From the IMG/VR virus record IMGVR_UViG_3300028586_000750: a DNA stretch of 64,000 nucleotides; one strand, written 5' to 3'. The notes beneath the pieces were generated by a model. It was not told the DNA's origin. It ran no database searches and saw nothing but the letters and a program-made list of their open reading frames with translations. This DNA comes from a virus. The translations under genes and the position numbers were made by a program. Each line of letters begins with the position of its first letter. The stretch's first letter is position 1. Shown one piece after another: positions 20,929-29,972 of this stretch.

Positions 20929-21162
20929 TTATTCGTCAACAATACCGAGTAAATCAGCTAGGGTTTCACGATTATCCGTGTCATCCCAACCCCAACAACG
21001 GCCTGAGTTAAGTAATGCAGCATTTTTTGGGTCTGAAAAAATTGTTTTAACTTTCTCAATATCTTCGTCTTGTAGAACAACAAAGAATTCTTGCTTGATG
21101 TCAAGCAGATCATCATCAGTTAACGTTTTGCGTCCTGGTCGGTTACGACGGCTTTCAGCCAT
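20929..21162 (-). CDS. Hypothetical protein
   Basis: 77-aa ORF in operon. Confidence 0.6.
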   Translation of the reverse strand: MAESRRNRPGRKTLTDDDLLDIKQEFFVVLQDEDIEKVKTIFSDPKNAALLNSGRCWGWDDTDNRETLADLLGIVDE

Positions 21163-21493
21163 TTATTACTCCAATAATTAAGTTTGATGTGCAACCAGCT
21201 TACCAGTATTGAAAACATTTGTCAAGAACTGGTTAAACAAGTAATGCGTCAAATCATTGAGACTTGACGCATTACTTGTAATACCTTTAGGAAAGAATAG
21301 TTCCCAAAGTTTGTTTCTATCATAAGTAAGGATTCTAACTTTTCGGCTTCTCTGCTTGCGCTCCACCTATGTGAAAAGTTACAACTGACGTAGCACTATT
21401 CTTACTACTACTCGACATTTCCATGAGCATGCCAAGCTTCCAACATAATTCCGTTTCAAGCAGTGTATTAAGCTGCTATCCATTCGTCATGGG

Positions 21494-21576
21494 TACTCCA
21501 GGTGGGACTCGAACCCACACGTCCTTTCGGACAAAGCATTTTGAGTGCTTCGCGTCTGCCATTCCGCCACTAGAGC
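21494..21576 (-). tRNA. tRNA-Leu(CAA)
   Basis: Class II cloverleaf; loop CT-CAA-AA; variable arm GTCC-GAAA-GGAC. Confidence 0.92.
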
Positions 21577-21726
21577 ATATTTGGTAACTTGCGTTACCGT
21601 GTTGCTCTCTATACATATACTATAACACGTTTTTGGAAGGTATGCAACCTATTTACAATTTTTCTTCTAAAAAGACAAGTGGAGGGCAACTTAAATTAAG
21701 TTGCCCTCCACTTTAGTAGTCACTAA

Positions 21727-23265
21727 TTATTTCACGAATGAAACACCAGTTGTTGTTTTGTCATATTGAGGCCAGGTTGTACCATTTGATGGACCATAGA
21801 AGGAAGATTTTAATGTTCCGTTCTTTGTGTCAATTTCAAGTGTACGTACTGGGTTTGTGGTGTTTGAATGGAATGTTCCTAAGTAAGAAACAATTTTGTT
21901 ACCGTTCACACCAGTGTCTTCGCGGTATCCTGCTTCACCGACGTGACCAGAAACAACAATTTTGATGTTTGCGTACTGCTTAATCAAGTTGTCGTAAACG
22001 TATTGTGCAGAATTTGAACCATAGCTTGCTGATTGGTCAATTGTTGAGCCGCCATTCAAGTAAGAATGAGTTGATACAACAACATTGTAGTCAGGGTGTG
22101 AAGCTACAACTGTTTTAGCCCAGTCAACAACTTCTGTTCTTGGCCATAGTTCAAGATTTAGCATAAGCCATTTTTGGCCTGCTGCGTCAAAGGTTTGGTA
22201 AGCGTTATCAACTTTACCTGCTTCAAAGGTTGTAATACCTGGGTAACGGTTTACGTTGAAGTAAGTGTTGAATGTTGTTGTGTTGCGAACCAAAGTTCTT
22301 GTGTTCTTTGGGTCTGCTGCTCCACCACCGACACCTACTGCTGCTGTGTCATGGTTACCAATTGTTAATGCGTTAGGAATTTTGTTGTCATCTAGCACTC
22401 TCATAGCTTTTGATGCAACTTCGTATTGGTCATGAGTTGGGGTGTCCCAGTTCACAACGTCACCTGTGTGTTCTACGAAACGTAGGTCAAGGTTTTCTTT
22501 GTTGTTAACTAACCATTGTGTTCTGTTAATAAATCTGCTGTCTTTTCCAACTTCCTGTTGTGTGTCAGGGATGACTGCGATTGAGAACTTACCGTCAGCG
22601 TCTTGTGGGCTTAATGGCGCTGGGGTTGGTGTAACTGGTGGTGTAACCACTGGTGGGGTCACAGGAGGCGTTACAGGGGGTGTAACAGGTACTGTAGCTG
22701 CTGGCATTGCCCAGAAGATTGTTCCTTCTGCTGTCCAACCTGCTGCTTTAAGAGCATCTTTATCAGCTTGTGTTGTTGCGTAACGGTGCTTGCTTCCAAG
22801 AATGAAACGGTCTACAGGAATACCGCAATCAATCTTTTTAGGTGAAGCATAGAAGTTGATACCTTGGTCAACGTAATCATATTTTGTTTTGGCACTTTCG
22901 TATTCGTTTGAACCTGACCATTTTGGAATGTAAACAAAGTCACCTTTTTTAAACATGCGGTAAACAGGAACTAGTCCTTCTTTTTCTTTACCTGCTGCTT
23001 TGAACGACACACCTTTATCTACAGTAAAACCATTGTTAACTTTAGCTTTAGCAATCTCATTTGCATTAGATGTAAGCAACGATGCATTTGATGTTGGGTT
23101 AACTGATTGGTAGATATCTGTTGTCATTCCAGCACATACGGTGCTGGACGCGGGTGTGGTTGCTGCGTTTGCTGTTACCGCACCCATTGGTAAGAATGCC
23201 AATGTTAAAGCTACTGCGCCAAACTTTTTCCAATTTTTGGCAGAGTTCTTGTTTTGTTTTTTCAT
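21727..23265 (-). CDS. Secreted calcineurin-like metallophosphoesterase with N-terminal surface-protein domain and Pro/Thr linker
   Basis: Signal peptide; DTQ, HTGDVV, GNHD, STH, SGH motifs. Confidence 0.85.
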   Translation of the reverse strand: MKKQNKNSAKNWKKFGAVALTLAFLPMGAVTANAATTPASSTVCAGMTTDIYQSVNPTSNASLLTSNANEIAKAKVNNGFTVDKGVSFKAAGKEKEGLVPVYRMFKKGDFVYIPKWSGSNEYESAKTKYDYVDQGINFYASPKKIDCGIPVDRFILGSKHRYATTQADKDALKAAGWTAEGTIFWAMPAATVPVTPPVTPPVTPPVVTPPVTPTPAPLSPQDADGKFSIAVIPDTQQEVGKDSRFINRTQWLVNNKENLDLRFVEHTGDVVNWDTPTHDQYEVASKAMRVLDDNKIPNALTIGNHDTAAVGVGGGAADPKNTRTLVRNTTTFNTYFNVNRYPGITTFEAGKVDNAYQTFDAAGQKWLMLNLELWPRTEVVDWAKTVVASHPDYNVVVSTHSYLNGGSTIDQSASYGSNSAQYVYDNLIKQYANIKIVVSGHVGEAGYREDTGVNGNKIVSYLGTFHSNTTNPVRTLEIDTKNGTLKSSFYGPSNGTTWPQYDKTTTGVSFVK

Positions 23266-23425
23266 TTAAACTTTTCTCCTCGTAAATGAACTACTACATA
23301 TATCTGTTGCTGTGAAGACTTTCAGGGGCTATCCAGAAAAATACTTTTATATTGTTTCTTCGACGCTTTCTGGATAGCCAAAAGGCCCCTACTAAATTTA
23401 GTAGGGGCCTTTTGGAGTAAATTAC

Positions 23426-23902
23426 TTAGAAATCTAGTCCAACAGCTAGATAGATAGTGAACCCACCTGAACGCCAGAACATGAAAGAACCAGTTCCTAC
23501 GCCTTCTGCCATATGAACCCATTCCCAACCATCAATGTCATCGTTGCTTGCATGACCACGGTAGTCGCCGTGCTGCTTGTGACGAAGGATGACAGGAACC
23601 CCGTAGTCTGCGGGAAGGTCAGCAGCAGACTTGACCTCAGCGCCAATGTTTTCGTCAGCTTCAAACGTAACAACATCACGGGTGGCGTCAACAAGCTCTA
23701 GAGTATCAACAAGGTGACCTTCTGGGGTGAGCAGAGGAACAAAGGTATCGCTTTCTCCCCCGTAGATATATCCAATACGCCCATCCTTCTCGGTGATGTC
23801 AGTTGTGGACTGTGCGAAGAGCGCAGGGAAACCGGCTACGGCAAAAATTGCTTTGTCGCCAGCTTTAAGTTCGGACGGGTTTGCGATGTGAATGATAGCC
23901 AT
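23426..23902 (-). CDS. Hypothetical protein
   Basis: 158-aa ORF with GC-richer codons. Confidence 0.65.
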   Translation of the reverse strand: MAIIHIANPSELKAGDKAIFAVAGFPALFAQSTTDITEKDGRIGYIYGGESDTFVPLLTPEGHLVDTLELVDATRDVVTFEADENIGAEVKSAADLPADYGVPVILRHKQHGDYRGHASNDDIDGWEWVHMAEGVGTGSFMFWRSGGFTIYLAVGLDF

Positions 23903-24305
23903 TAGTTGCTCCTTATTTAGGTAGTTTCACTGTATCACAGTAAATACAGGTTAGCAATGTGAAAAGACAAAGCGGGGTGCCTCATATTTAGAGGCACCCC
24001 GCTAGTAAGTTATTCGATTTCTACTTTAGTAGCTGGTTCTACGTGAAGGTCACCATGCTCTGTTTTAATTCGCACGTGACCGGGAATTGCTTTGGATGGC
24101 TCTGCATCTTCAATGGCACGGGAAAGATTTCCCTGTGAGCCAATGATGAAGTCTCCACCTTTTACCTCGTCGTATCTAACAATCATAAGTTTTCTCTTCT
24201 CTCAGGTTAAATAAAAAACGCTACAGCCCTATACCGTAATGTGCATATAGGACTGTAGCGGTGTATAGCTTCTAATTCCTTCACAAGGAAACTATACGCA
24301 AAATT

Positions 24306-24401
24306 CTGCACCCTGTTGCCACAGGATAAGGAATGCAGTGAACAGCCTCAACTACGGCTCTTGCTGTTCTCGTCAAATCAGGGTGGCAACCCTGGCCGTA
24401 G
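24306..24401 (-). ncRNA. Candidate pseudoknot plus kissing-loop RNA
   Basis: Two crossing 7-bp helices and two hairpins with complementary loops UUGCCA/UGGCAA. Confidence 0.65.
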
Positions 24402-24407
24402 ATTTCG

Positions 24408-24489
24408 TAGCTCAGGTGGGACTCGAACCCACAATCCTTGCGGCACTTGATTTTAAGTCAAGCGTGTATGCCAATTCCACCACTAAGCC
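24408..24489 (-). tRNA. tRNA-Leu(TAA)
   Basis: Class II cloverleaf; loop CT-TAA-AA. Confidence 0.92.
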
Positions 24490-24624
24490 ATAGTGTGTGT
24501 TCCGCCTTACCTTTGTAAGACCTTACGGAAAGAAACACATTCCCGTTACCCAACATCATCACTTAATGTGTCCCTATGCTTTTATTTACATAAAAGAGGC
24601 AGATGAGCGGTCAGATAACCCTTG

Positions 24625-24699
24625 AGGGATCGACGAGATTCGAACTCGCGCCTTCAGTTTGGAAGACTGACATGCTATGACCGCTAACACTACGTTCCC
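24625..24699 (-). tRNA. tRNA-Gly(TCC)
   Basis: Loop CT-TCC-AA; U73; one acceptor mismatch. Confidence 0.85.
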
Positions 24700-24706
24700 A
24701 TACCAT

Positions 24707-24772
24707 ACAGACAAACAGGAATTTAACCTGTGACCTTGCTCACCACACGCTCTAACACTGAGCTATTATCTG
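24707..24772 (-). ncRNA. tRNA-like RNA with an 11-nt stub in place of the anticodon arm
   Basis: Acceptor CAGATAA/TTGTCTG, D arm GCTC/GAGC and T stem ACAGG/CCTGT all pair; no 17-nt anticodon arm. Confidence 0.7.
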
Positions 24773-24874
24773 TACTATGCAACGGCGTTCAAATCCGTTC
24801 CTCTTCGCTTGCTTGCGAATTGTGCTATCTATACACTATACAAGTTTGTTATAATTCACTATGTAATTATTTTG

Positions 24875-24948
24875 TTGCGGGAGAGGGATTTGAACCCTCG
24901 ACCTCTAGATTATGAGCCTAGCGAGCTACCGAACTGCTCCACCCCGCT
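24875..24948 (-). tRNA. Initiator-type tRNA-Met(CAT) with atypical anticodon stem
   Basis: A1:A72 mismatch; A11-U24; fMet-like D arm; stem CTAGG/TCTAG lacks the three G-C pairs. Confidence 0.88.
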
Positions 24949-25130
24949 TCGTTATGTTTCTATTCTAGCACACTTTATGTATTCATGTCAACTTATTTTG
25001 TCAACTTTATGTGCTTAAAGTTTTAGTGTGAGACTACCTCTTATTTCTCATTCTCACCCCAGCGCGTTATTAACTCACCTATCAAGTCTACCATCCTAAC
25101 CCCGAAAGGTTAGGACCGCTGGCCCTCGCG

Positions 25131-25199
25131 TTCCTTCACATAGAATTGAACTATGGACATTCCAAAAAGTTGGACGCTCTACCACTGAGCTATGAAGGA
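25131..25199 (-). ncRNA. tRNA-like RNA with 4-nt anticodon loop
   Basis: Perfect acceptor TCCTTCA/TGAAGGA, D and T arms; arm TCCAA-CTTT-TTGGA. Confidence 0.75.
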
Positions 25200-25377
25200 C
25201 TTACTAATGATCTCAACTTAGTTAGGTTGAAAGAGCAGTTCCGTAGGATACATCACTCCTGCAAACAAGGTAGCTAACCTGTAAGTTGCAGTCAACTAAT
25301 AACTAAACCATTCAAAGGAATGTGCCGTTCCTTAATGGCTCTCCAACTATAATGGCACACAGTTGAAGCATGAATCG

Positions 25378-25460
25378 TTTCCCTGGCAGGACTCGAACCT
25401 ACACTACACCGGCTATAAATAACTATGCCTAGCTGCCTTGACCAATTTGGCTACAGGGAA
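25378..25460 (-). ncRNA. tRNA-like RNA with irregular enlarged anticodon region
   Basis: Perfect acceptor TTCCCTG/CAGGGAA; T arm GTAGG-TTCGAGT-CCTGC; no canonical 7-nt loop. Confidence 0.65.
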
Positions 25461-25872
25461 ATAATAAGATTAACGACAGGGTTTAATACCTGCATTTTAA
25501 GGCCGTAGCCACTTACACAATGTAAGATGTTTTACTTAAACTACGTCAACCTAAATCGCTATTGTTTTATCTAAACTATATCTGTTAAAAATAGTTTTTG
25601 TGGCTGTAGGTCCGTTGATGAACCTGTCTCCATTTTTTGGAATAAACTTTCACGTTCAAACCAGAAAAGTTGTTTTCGTAAACTAACAGCCTTCCACCGA
25701 GATTTTGTGCTATTGTCCTCGGTTAATCCGCTCAGTGCAGCAATGGAGCTACCATATCTTTGCACTATTTATCTTGCGGTTTATCTTGATATTTCTTTAT
25801 AAGATACTTCTATACTATCACACGATTTTAAGTAAATCAATGTGAAAAGACATTTTCTTCAAAATATCTTTG

Positions 25873-25949
25873 CCCCCACCACAGGACTTGAACCTGTAAA
25901 AGAGGCGCTAAATCGCGGCCTCTTGTTTTGCCAGCTAAACTAGACGGGG
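25873..25949 (-). ncRNA. tRNA-like RNA, copy 1 (13-nt anticodon loop region)
   Basis: Acceptor CCCCGTC/GGTGGGG; D GTTT/AAAC; T ACAGG/CCTGT. Confidence 0.7.
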
Positions 25950-26060
25950 ATAAGAACTAATTGGTCTTTCACTTATTCTGAAAGCATATTTAGTTCTAAG
26001 TTGGTAACTCACTCGTTACCCTTTCAATACTTTAACTCTACACCATGCTACTGACAAAAG

Positions 26061-26402
26061 TCAAACTAGAACAAAGTTTGCTTTAAGAATTTCTAGAGCC
26101 TGCTTAGTATAGTTAAGATTTGACTTGATGCGAAGGTTAGTCTGGAAAGCAAAAAGCATTTCGTTAGAAGAAACTAGGGCCTCTTCCATACTCACACCTT
26201 CTGGGGTCATAGCAGAAAGCTGTTCCCACTGCTCAAAACGCAGTACCTCTAGCTGAATGATTTGCTCCTGAACAGCCTCTACAAGCTCAAGAACATCCTC
26301 AGTCTGAGAACCGGAAGCCTGAATTGCAACTGCCTTATCCTTAACCCTGCTGATGAAAGTATCAGTGTTTAGCTGGTTCAGCTTTGCTACTACGTTGGTC
26401 AT
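26061..26402 (-). CDS. Helical hypothetical protein, paralog of 26672..27001
   Basis: Shared QE.IIQLE.L...QWE.L.AM motif. Confidence 0.75.
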   Translation of the reverse strand: MTNVVAKLNQLNTDTFISRVKDKAVAIQASGSQTEDVLELVEAVQEQIIQLEVLRFEQWEQLSAMTPEGVSMEEALVSSNEMLFAFQTNLRIKSNLNYTKQALEILKANFVLV

Positions 26403-26488
26403 ATGCTTAGTCTTTCTCTCGATGAAACCGTTTAATTAACACATGCTCAATTTATGAACATCACATAAGACACTATTTTGTGTCTTTG

Positions 26489-26560
26489 CTCCCACCACAG
26501 GACTTGAACCTGTAAAAGAGACTACGCGGCCTCTTGTTTTGCCAGCTAAACTAGACGGGA
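26489..26560 (-). ncRNA. tRNA-like RNA, copy 2 (8-nt anticodon loop)
   Basis: Near-identical to copy 1 with compensatory 1:72 change (C-G to T-A) and a 5-nt shorter loop. Confidence 0.7.
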
Positions 26561-26671
26561 ATAAGAACTAATTGGTCTTTCACTTATTCTGAAAGCATAT
26601 TTAGTTCTAGGTTAGCAACTCACTCGTCACCCTTTCAATACTTTAACTCTACACCACGCCACTGACAAAAG

Positions 26672-27001
26672 TCAAATACCAAACTTAGTTTTTAGTTTAT
26701 TCATAATTTCTTGGTTAATATCAATATAAGCTTGGATTTGCATGTAACGCTGAGTGGGTAGCAAAAGCTCTAGCGAACCCATTGACCCATCTTCAACTGC
26801 GGGAGCCATGGCTTGAAGCTCTTCCCACTGGTCTAGAAGAAGTATCTCTAGTTGAATAATTTCTTCCTGCAACTGCATAACAATTGCAGAATACGCCTCA
26901 GGCCCTTTATTTGCGCTAGAAATCTCCACAAGAACGCTAGAGAGATTATTCATCACAAAATTATTAGATAGGTATTCAAGCCTTGTTGCTACATTAGTCA
27001 T
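26672..27001 (-). CDS. Helical hypothetical protein, paralog of 26061..26402
   Basis: MTNV start and shared central motif. Confidence 0.75.
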   Translation of the reverse strand: MTNVATRLEYLSNNFVMNNLSSVLVEISSANKGPEAYSAIVMQLQEEIIQLEILLLDQWEELQAMAPAVEDGSMGSLELLLPTQRYMQIQAYIDINQEIMNKLKTKFGI

Positions 27002-27022
27002 AGTTTTCTTTCTTTATTTCGG

Positions 27023-27556
27023 TTACTTGCTTAGGACAAGGGGTGTGTTGGTTTCGTTACGACGCTGAGCCTTAGCATCCTGGCGCTGTACCTTAACAAG
27101 GTCAATCGCAGCGTCAATGGATGTATCATCCTTAAGATGGTTTAGAGCATGACCGTTACCAAGCTTAAGCTTGGACTGCTCGGCAAGGAACGAACGAAGA
27201 GCATTCCCGTACTTGTGAGTGAAAGTAAACTCATCAGGTAACACGTAAGGCTGCATCTTCTCTGCAAGGAAGTTACGACGCTCAGCATCATTCTCGAGAG
27301 CGTTAAAAGTTACAGTGTCGCTCTTAATGGTCGCAAGGATGTGGTCGAACATGGAGCCGTGCTCTTTCCATCGAGCACGCTCAACAGCGGCACGCTCAGC
27401 CTTGTAAGCATACTCTGCCGCAGTAATCTTACGAGCCTTGTCTTGCTTGTAATCGTAAATAATATCCTTAATAACCATTTCCCAAATAAACCAACAAATG
27501 AGAGCTACATAGATAACGGGAAGCAGTAGCACTAGAAGAATAATAGGATTAAACAT
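27023..27556 (-). CDS. Membrane-anchored hypothetical protein
   Basis: N-terminal TM helix. Confidence 0.65.
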   Translation of the reverse strand: MFNPIILLVLLLPVIYVALICWFIWEMVIKDIIYDYKQDKARKITAAEYAYKAERAAVERARWKEHGSMFDHILATIKSDTVTFNALENDAERRNFLAEKMQPYVLPDEFTFTHKYGNALRSFLAEQSKLKLGNGHALNHLKDDTSIDAAIDLVKVQRQDAKAQRRNETNTPLVLSK

Positions 27557-27695
27557 AATTTTGACGGTACTTTCTCATAAAGTGTTCGTGGTTAAGCGGT
27601 ATAAAGTAATCGTAGCACGACATTTCCAGTAGCGCAACCAAGTGTAGATACAGCTTTTGTTTGCCTGATTACATATTTTCTGTTATAAATAAAAC

Positions 27696-28397
27696 ATGTC
27701 ATCTTTTCCCCAAAACTGCAAAGCGAAAGACCCTCTTAAATGCCGTCATCATTCACCTTTCAAAAATTCTTTACCACAAGCAGAGAAAACTGTTAAGACT
27801 AAGAAAGCACCTGAACTTGTTGTGTCTCGTGGCGTAAAAGTTATCAAAGGTAAATTCCAATCCGGAGACTTTGCCAAAGGTTTCAATACACCTGACAGCA
27901 TTAATGGTTATTACGACGGTTCATGGGAAGAAGTTGAAAAACTTGTTAAGAAGCACCGTAAAGACTTTGAACCTGGTACAGGTAGCGTTGATAACGACGT
28001 AATCCTTGTAAACGTACCCGCTAAAGGCTTCTATACAGCCATCACAGCGATTGACGATGACAATAAGCATCTTGTAGAAGAGAAAGATTATGTCCGCCGT
28101 GAAGGCGAAAAATCAGTTGGTATCAAAACAATTAAAGGAAAGAAAGAACCAGCTAAGTTTGTAAAAGTTGTTTGTTATCGTGCAGATGTTTTAGCACAAG
28201 ATGATGGTCGTACAACTGATGCTGAATGGGAGATTGTAGCAATTAATGCTCAATCTGATGAGTACACACCTATGCACCCAACTACAATGTTACGTAATGC
28301 TAATCATGATGAAGGTGGAACGTTAAGAGAATACTCAGATAAAGATTGGTCTGACGCTTATTCTTACTGGGACACGCATGCTTACCTTGAAGATTAA
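27696..28397 (+). CDS. Hypothetical protein with N-terminal CKAKDPLKCRHH motif
   Basis: 233-aa ORF; TATAAATA just upstream. Confidence 0.75.
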   Translation: MSSFPQNCKAKDPLKCRHHSPFKNSLPQAEKTVKTKKAPELVVSRGVKVIKGKFQSGDFAKGFNTPDSINGYYDGSWEEVEKLVKKHRKDFEPGTGSVDNDVILVNVPAKGFYTAITAIDDDNKHLVEEKDYVRREGEKSVGIKTIKGKKEPAKFVKVVCYRADVLAQDDGRTTDAEWEIVAINAQSDEYTPMHPTTMLRNANHDEGGTLREYSDKDWSDAYSYWDTHAYLED

Positions 28398-28445
28398 CTA
28401 GACATAACTAAGTAATGCCCCACCAAATATTTGGTGGGGCATTAC

Positions 28446-28826
28446 TTAGTTTGCAACCTGCGTATCAGTTGTCGTGTACTCTTCCATTTTTTGAGTAAGA
28501 CGAGAAAGTTCAGGTCCACTGTGAAAACTGTAAGCCTGGAAAATCCTGTCTAGGTACTCTTTATGCTTACTATCAAGTTTACTAGTGTCACCTACAGGCC
28601 ATGTAGTTAGAATATATGCGCCTTTGTGATAAGACATAAGTTCCGTATAGCGTGGACCTGTTTTGGTATGTGTGAAATATTCAGAGAATAGTGGCACATA
28701 AAGTGCACGCTGATAAAGAGTGTCAGCTAGGAAACAAAGTTTATGCAACTTCATTGAAGACATACCCTGGTCATTACGCTTATGCGAAATGAAATACTGA
28801 GCTACATCTTGGATTGATAACGTCAT
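28446..28826 (-). CDS. Panacea/SocA (DUF4065)-like antitoxin domain protein
   Basis: DVAQYF, MKLHKLCFLA, LFSE.F....GP, LSRLT match the family pattern. Confidence 0.75.
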   Translation of the reverse strand: MTLSIQDVAQYFISHKRNDQGMSSMKLHKLCFLADTLYQRALYVPLFSEYFTHTKTGPRYTELMSYHKGAYILTTWPVGDTSKLDSKHKEYLDRIFQAYSFHSGPELSRLTQKMEEYTTTDTQVAN

Positions 28827-28952
28827 TATCTGCTTTCTTTATTGACAAAATTATTTATGTATCAATTAAACCATTTTTGATAAAAGTTGTCAAGCTCAGT
28901 TTATTCCAAAACTAAAGGGACTGTCTACTTTAGGTAGACAATCCCTTTTAGC

Positions 28953-29114
28953 TTAATAACTTAATTGAACCGTGTTACTATCTGGTGCAATTTCTACAAC
29001 TTCAATATCATACCAAGCCACTGGATCATCTTGGTAATCATCATAAGTGTAATATGTTACAGGTAAATCTTTTGGTAACTTTTGTAGCTTTTCAATCAAT
29101 TCATTTACAGTCAT
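28953..29114 (-). CDS. 53-aa phage-type protein MTVNELIEKLQKLP (not in ORF track)
   Basis: GGAAAAG RBS; N-terminus similar to 30294..30446. Confidence 0.6.
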   Translation of the reverse strand: MTVNELIEKLQKLPKDLPVTYYTYDDYQDDPVAWYDIEVVEIAPDSNTVQLSY

Positions 29115-29240
29115 TTCTTTTCCTTATCTTGTTATAGTTTAATCTAACTCAATACTAGATAAAGTAAAGTTGATGCAAATAAGGTGGTAGATACTTTTTC
29201 AAATATCTACCACCTTACTAAACATAATCTGGGATTATGT

Positions 29241-29636
29241 TCAATCTTTCTTCTCGGTTACAAATACTTCGTATCCCCAACCGTAGTAGCCGTTGTCACT
29301 ACCAGAGCTACGAACAATTTCTGTTTTGATTCCTTCGGCATAAACAAACATGCGAAGCGTTGCTTCGTCAGGTCCGCTTGTGTTGAACTCGTCAACAACT
29401 TCTACGTTCGTGATGACCTGTGTAGGTGCATCGTTAGGTGCGTCAACTGACCAGTATCCGTTTGAACAACCGCCACATCCGTAAGACTCTGTTGCCTTAA
29501 GAATAGTACCGTTGTCAAGTACAAACTCAATTGAGTCTGTGTGGTATGGTGCTTTGATTTTGCGTGTTTCTACAATACGTCGTCCAACCATAATCTTGCG
29601 AAGACGGTCAGTGTCGTTGTATGTAATTTCATTCAT
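29241..29636 (-). CDS. Hypothetical phage-type protein
   Basis: GCGGCSNG and DNGYYGWGY motifs; AGGAG RBS. Confidence 0.7.
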   Translation of the reverse strand: MNEITYNDTDRLRKIMVGRRIVETRKIKAPYHTDSIEFVLDNGTILKATESYGCGGCSNGYWSVDAPNDAPTQVITNVEVVDEFNTSGPDEATLRMFVYAEGIKTEIVRSSGSDNGYYGWGYEVFVTEKKD

Positions 29637-29890
29637 GTTTTTCTCCTAATTGGTTTTGTGTTTTCTATATCCAAAATAGTTTTTACACAGTTCCAAAATA
29701 AGGAGGTTACTGAATTATTTAATTTTAAAGTTTGTTATGGATGCCGAAATCCGTTCCATACCCAGACCCGCTAGTTCTGTTTCTGGTTTAGCCTGCGCAG
29801 CCACTCAACACCAGCAGAGCTTTTACTTTTCACTGGAATTCATCCGAGAGGCGTAAAAGAACCTTTAACATAATTTTGTTAATGCCGCAG

Positions 29891-29972
29891 TGCTCCCGGT
29901 GGGACTTGAACCCACACTTCTTGCGAAACTTGATTTTAAGTCAAGCGTGTCTGCCAATTCCACCACAAGAGC
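29891..29972 (-). tRNA. tRNA-Leu(TAA)
   Basis: Class II cloverleaf; same sequence as 37579..37660. Confidence 0.92.

Larger units (their letters stand above)
25868..26676. repeat. Direct repeat of ~195 bp (25868..26065 and 26484..26676)
   Basis: Near-identical promoter, leader and tRNA-like unit. Confidence 0.9.

Noticed and set aside
13200-22700. Short tandem ACACCACC/CCTGT repeats at about 13200-13300, 13660-13710 and 22620-22690
   Set aside because: Encode Pro/Thr linkers; not CRISPR or VNTR
24306-25122. Theta/HDV-like or twister ribozymes downstream of tRNAs
   Set aside because: No P3/L3 plus catalytic C of HDV; GCGGTCCTAA at about 25110 resembles twister P4 only superficially
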